64,000 nt of DNA from Epiperipatus broadwayi. Lineage: Eukaryota > Animalia > Onychophora. Of this stretch, positions 1 to 11,200 are shown piece after piece; positions within the stretch are counted from its first letter, which is position 1; every line of letters begins with the position of its first letter. Below the pieces are notes generated by a model. The model was not told the origin of the DNA. It ran no database searches and saw nothing but the letters and a program-made list of their open reading frames with translations. The DNA is taken from NCBI GenBank assembly GCA_028023455.1, contig JAQFVV010000006.1, forward strand, positions 124,001 through 188,000, written 5' to 3'. A program made the position numbers and the translations under genes.

Positions 1-1480
1 CAAAGCATTGGTGAACTTAAGAATAGTTGAGATTGATTTGAGAAACAGTGAATAAAGCTTCTATTATTTCTTATAGACATCACAGGGCATTAAAAAACAA
101 TTTATTCCTTATATAAATGTATTAATATTATGAATGGCAGCATTTTAAGCGCCCTCTATTAGCTCAAATTTGATGAACCTTGTATTCTCATAGTTCATAA
201 TTCAAAATTTGGCTACTGCGTTTATATAACATTTTATATTTTGGTTAAATAATAAATACTAGAGAATGCATAAAATGCTCTCCTTTATAGTATTATAAGA
301 AATGGCTCTGTAATAGGTATTTATGAAGAAAAGATACGAAATATAAGCTAAATGCTGCTGATAGATTATGGTAAAACATTAATAAAGTCTTAACAATTAT
401 AATAAATAATAAAAATCATATATGACGGCTAAGAGCACTAAATCATGTGCTGAAAAAGGCTTTTTATGTACGATTAATATATTTTTACATGAAAGAACAG
501 CATACTGAATTTCATTATTTCCATTTCTGATGAAGTATTAATAATGAATAACTCACAATTTTAATTCTAATTTATAAAAGCTATCAAGTAATTTTTAGTA
601 ACGCAAATGTATATTTTACATTGAATGCAAAAATCAATTTGTTTGGATAAGTTTAATATTAACAAGTTATTGCAAATACACCATCTGACACATAAAAAAA
701 AAAGATTTGTCACAAATGATTCCCAAATCTGTGGCGTATTAAAAAAGGAGTATACCCTCATTTTTATCCTGTTACAAATGGTGTTCTAACTTTAAAGTCA
801 ACAACAGGGGTTATTTCATCTTTTTTTTTTTTCATGTGAGTTATAAAATGCTGCTTATACTTGTAGGGAAACTTTTTATTCCATTACGATATATATTCTA
901 TCGATTATTCATAAAAAAAAGTGTGACCACGCATTTAATTTTAATATATATAAATAAACTGAAATACAGTATTTTTTTAACTGATTTACAGCATTCAAAA
1001 ATTATCACTTACATTTGTATTACTTTATATTTAAATTTCTAAATAATAATATCGAGGGCAGAGGGGAGGAAAGATCATTGCTAAATTAAATTGAATCAAC
1101 AACAACAAAAAAAAAAATTGCTTAACCACTTTTTTAAATTCTAAATAGCAGCTGTTGTATACATTATTGTAATAAATTTACTCTCTTTTTTTTTTAAAAA
1201 AAAGTATCAATCTAGTCATTAATAGAATAGTAAAAGTTTTCACACAAAAAAATATCCTTCTAAAAACATTTTTGTTTTGAGTAAAAAAAGTATTCTCTAT
1301 TTTTATCAATTATTAAGACTATACAGATTATAATCATTTCAAATTATAGCATATAGGTATATATAGAACATAAAATATACAGGGCACGTGAGTACAGACC
1401 TTCACACGACCCACCACTCTCCACACTATCTCATAACACTGATACACTCGAACACATATATGTCGAAAAAATAAATAATC

Positions 1481-1524
1481 ACCAATATACATATTTCATG
1501 CTAAACCAGCAATCATCAGTTGGT
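1481..1524 (-). ncRNA. Minimal type I hammerhead ribozyme motif, family A
   Basis: Minus strand reads ACCAA CUGAUGA UUGCU-GGUUU-AGCAU GAAA UAUGUAUA UUGGU: full core, 5-bp helix I, 4-bp helix II, short helix III, AUA cleavage triplet. Confidence 0.8.
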
Positions 1525-1955
1525 CCAGATTATCATCTCCACACATATATGCTGTAAGTGCTCAGATATATATTAAGATAGCGAAACCTTATACTTTAAT
1601 GGACAGGCTCCAATCTATTCCACACTCCAACTCTTCAACCATCCATCCAATTGAAAATCTGATGATAGAACGCTCAAAGGTCACCCTGAGGCCGAGATTC
1701 TTATCACACCCGAGTTGACCTAAGGTCAATCTGACCCCCCATGTACAGGACATAATCCATTTAATACATATACAAGGGATGAGCAGACATCTCTATTATG
1801 AAATAACTGAAACACACAAGCTTATAATATACCTGTGTCTATATATGTAATATATAGGGTATATGAGCACAGACTTTCACATTACTTACCATTCTCCACA
1901 CTATCTCAAAATACTGATACACTTGAACACATATATGTTGAAAAGATAAATAATC

Positions 1956-1999
1956 ACTAATATACGTATTTCATGCTAAACCAGCAATCATCAGTTGGT
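1956..1999 (-). ncRNA. Minimal type I hammerhead ribozyme motif, family A
   Basis: ACCAA CUGAUGA UUGCU-GGUUU-AGCAU GAAA UACGUAUA UUAGU; one mismatch in helix I. Confidence 0.75.
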
Positions 2000-2164
2000 C
2001 CAGATTACCATCTCTATGCATATATGCTATAAGTGCTCAGATATATATTTAGATAGCCAATCTTCATACTTCAATGAACAGGCTTCAATCTACTCCACAC
2101 TGCCAACTTTTCAACCATCCTATCTGGGCACTTATAGCATATATGCGTAAAGATGGTAATCTGG

Positions 2165-2208
2165 ACCAACTGATGAGTGCTGTTTTAGCATGAAATACGT
2201 ATACTGGT
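2165..2208 (+). ncRNA. Minimal type I hammerhead ribozyme motif, family A
   Basis: ACCAA CUGAUGA GUGCU-GUUUU-AGCAU GAAA UACGUAUA CUGGU; mismatch at the first pair of helix I. Confidence 0.75.
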
Positions 2209-2370
2209 CATTATTTATCTTTTCAACATATGTGTTGAAGTGTATCAGTGTTATGAGATAGTGTGGAGAGTGGTGGGTCGTGTGAAGGTCTGTGCTCATG
2301 TGCCCTGTATATTACATATATGGACACAGGTATATAATAAGCCTGTGTGTTTCAGTTAGAACATGAAATA

Positions 2371-4240
2371 GAAAATCATATACCATTATAATACTATCCA
2401 TAAAAAACAACAAAATTCGATTAAAATTCTTCCATGCCTATGGCTTCACCTATTAACAAACAGACCTTTTCAAATGAAATTCAATAAGATACATACAACA
2501 TACATATATAAAACAAAATAGCCTTCCCATTATTCACTTCGAACATCAACTTCCTTTAACATAAAAGAATGCCTTCATGTGATTGGTGGCCTAAAATTAA
2601 AAAAAAAAATTATCATCAAAGTTTCTGTTACTTTTCTTTTCAATTCACTTTTTTCATAAAAGATAACCTCTGCATTATCAAATAATATTTTATGACCTGT
2701 ATTCAATTCATGAATACACAGAGCTGAATTATGATATCTATTTTTAACTTTACTCTTATTAATTTTTTTAAGATAGATCTACATACTTGTTATCCTAGTA
2801 ATTATTTGGCTCCTAAAGTTTTCTTTAATTTAAAATCTCATGAAGATAATTTTTCTTTAAGATATATTTTTGATTTTAAGGAGGAGATTGTAGATAAAAT
2901 TTCAAAATTTCTTATAAAGTTTTTTAAGAATTATATAAATTTAGGTCAATTTTGGGTATCTTCTTTAAGAGGCATTTAATAAAATTAATGGATTTGTTTT
3001 AGAAAATATGTATCAATCAGTTGAGAGGATTAAAAGCATTAATGTTTCTTTTTGTTCTAAAAAATAAGAATATTTTTCTGCAGATAAGATTAAAGTTATC
3101 CACGATTTGCTATTATTATTAGAGGATTTTATGTATTTTATGTGTAATGACGTGTTTTATAAGATTAAAGAGGAATGGGTTATTGGTATGTTATTTCTCC
3201 TTTAGTGCACTCTGTCTATTCTGATTGTTTAGAGAGTAATGTTAATAATCATGTTCTGGTATGTTGATGATTGCTTGTTTGTTATTCAGGAAGATAAATT
3301 GAAGGATTTCTTTGATAGACTGACGTCGAAATTGCTAGATGTAAATGTTGAATGTTTTATTTTGCAGTCATTTTATGAAACAAAAAAATTTACAAAATAT
3401 GATAAGGTTAGACAATTGATCAATCTTTTATTCATAAGAAACCTTCTCTATTGAATTCTTGATATAGGAATAGAAGGCTTAATAATTTTGAAAATAATAG
3501 TTACATTCGAAGGAATCAAATTGCTTCGGATTCTATTAATTAAGGTTATAATCGTGAATTTATTAGAAATATTATATTTAATAAAAACATCTCTAAATAT
3601 GTTAATAATAAATAAAGATTTAATTGTTAATGAGAATAGCGTTTATTTCTTTGCCATATAAGTCATCAATTAGTAAACTGATTTATAAGATTAGTTGTTT
3701 GTTGGGTGGTATGAAAGTGGCCTGAAAGAGACCCGAATTTAAATTCATTAAAACAGTCAATTGATAGCAAATATATTTCTGGTGTGGTTTCCAATATTTC
3801 TTGCAGTTGTAAAATTTACATAGGTCAAAGTAAATTAAGTCTTAATGAAAGAATTACAGTTCATAAGAGTAGAGTTAAAAATAGATATCAAAACTCAACT
3901 TTGTATATTTATGAACTGAATACAGATCATAAAATATTTGACAATGCAGAGGTTATCTTTTATGAAAGAAATGAATTAAAAAGAAAAGTAAAAGAAATTC
4001 TGATGATAAATTTTCTTGAATCTGAGGCCATCAATCTTATGAAGACATCATTTGATGTTAAAGGAAGTTGGTTTTTGAAGTAAATGATGGAAAGGTTATT
4101 TTGTTTTGTATATATATGTTTTATGTAATTTCATTTGAAAACGTCTATTTGGTAAAAGATGAAACCATAGTCATGGAAGAAATTTAGTAAAATTTTGTTA
4201 GTTTTTTTATTGACTAGTACTGAAATGTTATATGATTTTC
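2371..4240 (+). mobile_element. Decayed Penelope-like retroelement (RT remnant, GIY-YIG endonuclease, inverted copy of the 3' end at the 5' side)
   Basis: ORF 3239..3454 contains WYVDD (RT). ORF 3784..4083 reads CSCKIYIGQSKLSLNERITVHK...ELKRKVKEILMI (GIY-YIG). Segment 2371..2730 is a diverged reverse complement of ~3895..4240. Confidence 0.88.
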
Positions 4241-6091
4241 AATTATATTTACCATTACTAGTATAGCAACATACAGTATTTAGTTTTTTATTTCGATGTA
4301 TACAAATATATTGTACCAGTGAGTCTTCAATGACAGGCACAAAGATGGCTGCAAGCATAGTTGCAGCCCAAATCAATGTACATATTATAATAAAAGGAGT
4401 GGTCTGTGCAGGTATATTTTCTCTGTTGTTTACACACATAATATATTGTAAATAAATAAGGTGAATGGTGATAATATGCTTATAAATAAACAAACGCGGA
4501 CACCACATGTAAATATGTATTTTGCTGTTAATAAATGCTATATTTTTTTATTTATTTATGATATGAATAAATATGGCAGGGGATTAAAGAAATTATTGCA
4601 GGAAACTGAAATGTATTTGCAAGTAACCCAGCAGTAAGCACGTTTTATTTTGATTTTTTATTTTATTTTAGATTGTCAAACGTTGTATTTTTTTTTCTGT
4701 TGCGTGTTGAACATTTTTTTGGAAAACTTAAAAACAATTTTTATGTGATAACATGTATACAGTTTAAGTTTGAAAAATTTTGTTTTTAGAACTTAATTTT
4801 CATGACTGCAGGAAAGGCAATGACCTCTTTCTTTTATTGTATAATGTTTTGAACAAAAAAATGTAGAAATTGTATCAGTGGTCATTCGGCTTGACACCTA
4901 CACAAAATTATTTAATTAAATAAATGTGATTTTATTTTATTGTTTAAAGAAATCAAGGGATTGGAATTTAAATGGTCTGAGAAATTCTTAAATTAATTAA
5001 AAGATAAAGTTATCGTAAGACAAATTTTTTTAAAGAGATAGCTAAAAATGAATCCATTGTTTGGACTTAAATAATTAAAAACAGGGATTAACAAATTAAT
5101 TAAAACAGAAATGTAAAAGCAATAACTCGTGGAGGGGATGAGAGAATACACCCTGCGATGGGGCGGGGGATATATAAATGCTTGTCAGGTGAAATTTAGC
5201 ATTAACATTATTATTAGCATTAGCATTAACACTGGCACTCTTACTCTTTTGGTTAGCAGTATAGTTTTCGGAGAGTACTGACTAAAAAGCAGAATTATTA
5301 GCGTAAGAAATGGAAGAGTTATTAATAGCTGAACATATTTTGAAAGGTGCAGACCAAGAAATATAAGAATTATTGACTAAGAAAAAAAAATCAAATGAAA
5401 GTATTATTGTCAAATATATTTCCTGATAAGTATTAACTGAAAGAAGAAAGAATACTGACCAATTAAATAAAGAAGAAAGGAAGCTTTACGTAAGAAACTT
5501 AGAGATTCAATCTGAAACATTTTTTTAATGTGAAGCTCCACAGGGGTCAGTCATGACGTTCAAGAACAAAAGGAAAAAATTAAGCTGCGTTTTATATCGC
5601 TAAGGGAATGGAGTCAAGATTTATTTGGGACACAACAATGAACATGGAGTAGAAGACCCAATTTGGTACATTTGCACCACTCGAAGCCCTACATAGCCAT
5701 CCAGTGATGTGACTTTCTATTTCATAAAGTGTAGCTGCTATAGACAATTTTTCCTACCTCCATCAAAGCCATGTTAGTAATCACCCGCATAGCAGGAATA
5801 TATCGCCCTCAGAATCCTAGCCCGGAGAAGACCGAAGCCTTCGGGAAGTATTATTTATGTTTTTATACATGTTTTATGTCTTATTACTATTAATTCATTA
5901 TTTTATTGATAATTGCTATTATTAAATGAACCAATGAATTGCGTGATTCAGTTATATATATTTCTTTTGTAATTTTGATTTAAAGGTATACGTAATTCAT
6001 TGGAGTATCGAAATAAATTTTGAAATATTAAAATACATATTTTCTTTCTACCCCTTTTCTTCCTTTTTTTTTATAATACTTAAATAGAAAT

Positions 6092-7320
6092 AATTGTGGG
6101 GAGTAGACTTACTTTTAAGTAATCAAAGTTAGCTTATTTAGCTATGTTTAATTAGATAGCGATCCGCTACGTGCAGGATCACAATAGGAATAACATTTTT
6201 TTTTTCTTGTATAGATGAGCTATTACTGAGAAAGTAAATAAGTCTACTAACCAATTTAATGGTTTGGTCGTTGGAAGTATGTGTTTCGCCTTTAAATAAA
6301 GGGAGTTATTTATTTTATCCGCCATGTGCAGGATTCTGAAATTATAGTTTAACACGAGTTTGTTTGCCTATTAAATTTATTCCATCCGCTACGTGCAGGA
6401 TTGTTTTCATAAGGAATAAAGTTTGTAAGAAAGTGTTCCAAATAATTTTTGTTATTGTCCACAACATGCAGGACTCATATTATGGAACTTTTAATATTCA
6501 AATATAGTTAACTCATGGTTAAATTGTTATTTTAATTTAAACAAAGTTATAGATCATCACAAGTGTAAAGGTGAAGGTTATTTTTTTAATGAAACACGTG
6601 CATACCACGGCCAATACACATTATATTTTCGCATAAGGGAACTTATTTTAAATTTTGGTTGAAAGTGTAAGCAAGGGAGAATTTCAGACCATTCCTTTCC
6701 CACTTATGAAACTATTTAAAATTTATACGCTTAAATTTTAATTAATAATGTTTATGTATATGTTTATTCTCTTCTTTGTTCTGTAAATATTTATATTAAT
6801 ATAGAGGGCTTAATAAATTTAACATCTAATTTTAAAATATAGCATTGTGCCGTGTATTTGATAATGGTATTATTATTTAACCTTTCCGATTAATGAAGTA
6901 CAAACCACCATCCCGAGATAAAGAGTAGGTTGAGCTAGTCAGGGATTAACCTTTATCAGGACCAGGATTCATTCGTTCGGCATTCACTTTTCTGTTGATT
7001 TTATATATAAAATATATAAAAGAGATTCTAACTCTTTATTAATTACATGATCATATCCCTTGGGGAGGGGAGCAGTCTCTTTCTTGAGGTGGCGCACAAA
7101 GGTTGCAGTAAACGGACCTTTCAAAGGTATGATTATAGTAATGTATATTTTGTATGCCATTGAATATTTCTTAATTGCTGCTCGATTTTATAAAACACAT
7201 TTCATGCTCAATGTGTCACGAGGGTTGAGGCAAGCGACTGGTCAATATATATATATATGATTGTGAGTTTTAAATATTGTTATTTTTTATAATTTATTTA
7301 TGATCCTATACAGGATCGTA
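6092..7320. mobile_element. Unclassified repeat remnant, possibly an LTR, with four short hairpin motifs
   Basis: Begins TG, has an internal inverted repeat (agtagactta 6101 / taagtctact 6239) and a repeated ATCC-N10-GGAT motif. No TSD found; boundaries approximate. Confidence 0.3.
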
Positions 7321-7779
7321 AATAAACAAAGTGTGAATTATTATTCACTATTCATGCCATCTAAATGCTTGGAACAAAATACAGCAAATATGAGGGTTCC
7401 ACTGTTTAAATGTTAATAAAATTAATAGAATAATGGAAATATTACATTATACTGTTTTAAATGGCAATTTCATATAATTACCATTAATGCTTTTTTTTTT
7501 TACTGATGTTTATCTCTCCCAATCCTGTGGCTTGTTTAGCACTTTTCTTAAGAGCTTCATTTTATTTGTTTAGATGTCAAACTGTGAAGAGTTCTAGCTA
7601 ATTAAAATGCTGATAAGTGAGCGGCAATTAATTTTAGCATTGAAAATAACAATGGGTAAAACTGCCATCTCAAAACAATATCAATGCAAATATAGAAATT
7701 AAAATAGAAACAATATAACAATTGGAAAAAGTAATTTAATAGTGCCAAAAACTAATTTATATTTGATATATCCATGTTA

Positions 7780-8020
7780 GTACCAATAATCCACTCTACA
7801 TCTTATTGCTATCTAATGTCCATAGATTTCTCAGGCTTATATAATGATTGTGCCAATAGCTCTTAACAAGCTTTTCAGAACATCCCTATCCTGAGACTAG
7901 TTTCTAGTTCTGGCTTTCATCCTAGCGCCTCACTGACGAAAGCCAGAGCCAGAAACTGGTCTGAGTATAAGGATGTTCTGAAAAACTTGTTAAGAGCTGT
8001 TGGCGTGCTCATTATATAAC
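7780..8020. repeat. Repeat family B, diverged fold-back copy with a hammerhead motif at ~7927..7967 (+)
   Basis: CUCA CUGACGA AAGCCAGAGCCA GAAA CUGGUC UGAG; a truncated mirror copy lies at ~7890..7920; the flanks are inverted (aacaagcttttcagaacatcc / ggatgttctgaaaaacttgtt). Confidence 0.7.
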
Positions 8021-8205
8021 ATTTGTAATACAAGCTTATTAAATTAAGTCACGTCATAAATGAATTGGATTTTCTTGCAATTTCTCAGACTTATATAGAT
8101 GGCTCTAAAGAAGGATGGAAGTAGAATGAATTGCTGTTGGTTAAAACAATAGCAATTGAAATATAACACTAATCCTATAACCTTAATTACAACAATAAAA
8201 ATTAC

Positions 8206-8288
8206 CATCAATGCAAGAATGAGATTTCTTCTCTTTGTGTATTCTTTGACAAAATAATCCATATTGTTTACATTTTTCCTCGTTGGAC
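8206..8288 (-). CDS. PI4KA: PI4KA exon (PTRKNVNNMDYFVKEYTKRRNLILALM), 83 nt
   Basis: Overlaps track ORF 8044..8262; acceptor ttttag, donor gtaatt; matches KYYMKRRTLLLSLL. Confidence 0.92.
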
Positions 8289-11200
8289 CTAAAATTTAAT
8301 GATAAGTTTTTTTTAGAAAAAAACAAAAAACTAATCTAATTAGAATACCTTTATTTAAAAATAGATTAATAAATACTTAATTATCTATTAATTAATGACA
8401 AATCTCAATACTAATTAAAAGTTTTTCTCTCACTTCTAAAACCATGTATGGTAAGCCTGAGTAATCATGGAATAATGCATATTCAATGGCATGCATTGCA
8501 AACTCAGGCTTACAATAGATGGCTCTAGAGTCGGGTGAAAAAAATTGTTCTTGAAAGCATGTGAGCACGTTTAAAAAATCTGTGATGTTGTCAGTGAGGT
8601 GTCTATAATTTCAGTCTACTAGCTAGAATAGTATAAAAAGGCAAAAGATAGCTGTTAGATGCGTAAGTATATTAATCCTTGCTTTGAATCTCAAGTCCTA
8701 ATTGACAAAAGTGAAAACTAGAAACAATCTGAAGATGTAGATATTATAGCGGCATTCTATCTGGTGTTCATTAATCACTCAGACTAAGTAGAGAAGATAA
8801 CTTCACTTGGAAGCCTTACTCGTAAATTGAGGAAGACATGTGATGCTATTGTAGGTACTATCTTCCAAATTTGTGAGTATCTGGAAAGTACTTCTTAAAC
8901 ACTTTTAATTCATTACAACTCCACTTTGTATTATTCAAACTTAAATAATATTTCACTTAACACAGTAATATTAATTTAACATATATCTATAATATAATTA
9001 TCAAGTAACTGTCATAAGTATATATATATATGTAAACCATAAGTGCTAACATCCTAATTGGATATTATATGTAAATTGCATCACCACATCTCTCATGTGT
9101 AAACAAACCTAGAGAATATAAGCAATTTATTGTCAAGAGAACATTGCAATTAGGCTGTAAGTGAATTCTATTTTCTGTTTAACTATAGCATTGCCTTAAC
9201 AATAGATTGTTGATATTCTATTGGTTTGTTCAAGCATGAAGGCTTTTTATACATAGCATATGTATACAGTGAGGAGCCACATAGCATAATGATAACAATA
9301 TCTGCCTACCGAGCTGACAACATGGAGTTTGGATCCAAGCTAGGTAAAATATGAAAGCGTTATCAGTTTTCAACAGGCTTACGATTTTTATTTCAGGTAA
9401 GCCGACCATATAAAACCCAGTCAGCCACCCAAAACTGATTGGCAAATAAGTATATACAGCCACCCCAAATTGATTGGTAAACAAGTATTTAGCTATTCTT
9501 AATTAGTAAAACAAGGTTGGAAAAAATACATACTAAAACCTCACTAATTAGCATTTAATAGGTTCGATGAGTAATGCCTTCTGCTTCTCTATTCTCCATT
9601 TGAAAGACTGCTGAATAGTCCATTGCACTCCTGTGAGTTATTTAAAAGTGGCTAATTTATTTTGCCATAAACAACATGTGGAAAAGATATACATGTTATG
9701 ATAGTGCTCACAGATTAAATAAACATATAGGATATTTGACATAGACGCAGGCATCATGAACTCTAAATATTTGAGAAATCGTAGTATTTGGATTGAAATG
9801 GCAGTTGATGAGTCTAAGATTATTCCTGACAGAGTAGACTAAAAAGGATTAATAGAACCCATATACCCTTTCTGTAACCTTGAGTGTAAGGAACATAATT
9901 TGATGTTTAAACAATGAAGAATTATTTATCTGTTACTAGGAATGTTTTTTCTGCTGCCACGAGGGCAAAACTGCTATTTCTTATATTGACTAGGTATGGT
10001 TTCCCTGATGAGAAAGAAAACAGACCAGAGAAAGCACTGTGGTAATAAAATATAAATTAAAAAATATATAATAGAAGACTTAACATAAAATAAAATACAG
10101 AGTATTAAAGTAAAAATAAAGAGAAATACTTTAAAGGATTACAATGAAGTTTCAAATTTTTTGTAAAAATGCTGGCTTGAACCTTACTGGATATTATACC
10201 ATAAAAGAAAATACAAATTTCAGAGAAAAAATGTATTGAAACTATGCATAAAAGCATTATCAACAGAAACATTGTAAATATATTCTTTGATGACTCTAAA
10301 GTAGCCATCTATTTTGGTGAAATTAGGAAGATTCTAAACAATTGTTATAAAGGCATAATTTTATGCATGCTTTTATCCAAGACTACATAAATTTAAGAGA
10401 TGAAGTTCCACAAAACAGGACCTCGAGATCAGGTCATCCTAAATCAGTGAACAAATTTAAGGGATTATGTCCATGCATAAGGAGAGTAATCTGGATGATA
10501 AAAATCTGATGAAATAATAGACTCTCTTCAAGAAGCATTTGAAGAGAATCAACAATTATCAATTTGAAGGAAGGCAATCTGTAAACTTAAATATTCCAAA
10601 GACACCGTTCTTAAAATTTTGGGACTTGATTTACATAAGAAAACACTATCTTATTTAACTTGCGAAAAGATTATCTATTAAAGATATTAATGTGTGCTGA
10701 ATTTATTGATGAATTCAAAATAAAAATCAACTTGGTGAGATTTTGTTCAGTTAAGAAGCGAATTTCTGCACACGTGAAAGTCATACTTGGTCAGAAAAAA
10801 TCCAATTGAATTTATTGAATGGAAAAGAGAATTGCCAAAAGGAAATGTTTGGCTTGAAGTGAAAGATTTATGGGCCCTTTCTTTTTTTTTTCCAATGACA
10901 ATTTCCAGCACTGTATTTCTCGAACTCCAACTTCTTCAGGATGGTATTCTTAACAAAGAATCTTTCAACAGGATGGAGGATTATGAAATATGCATTGATT
11001 ATTCAAAATTTTTCGGTAAATAGATCGGTCATAGGAATTCTTGACGTCAATAATGCAATCTATTGATTTAACACCTTAGAACTTTTTTTTTGCTTGGGAT
11101 TACAGTAAATCTGAAGATTATTGGAGAAAAATAAAAAATGTAACTGACCTTCAGAAATATATTAATAATGTTGTTCCGAAGATAACCTTCGATATTCATG

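Larger units (their letters stand above)
1378..2357. repeat. Repeat family A: two tandem 475-bp units followed by an inverted partial copy, each with a hammerhead motif
   Basis: Direct units start at ~1378 and ~1853. Segment 2125..2357 is the reverse complement of ~1805..2040. Confidence 0.9.

Noticed and set aside
5110-5830. TATA-like element followed by a broken ORF (MEELLIAEH...)
   Set aside because: Multiple stops and no recognisable family; probably a TE relic.
1-8205. Next PI4KA exon (expected ...TWYNP...)
   Set aside because: No convincing match. HWYNI at ~4310 (-) lacks the expected context and splice sites, so the exon probably lies beyond position 1.
9990-10050. CTGATGA...GAAA near a LINE-like 3' end
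   Set aside because: No helix I, II or III pairing found.
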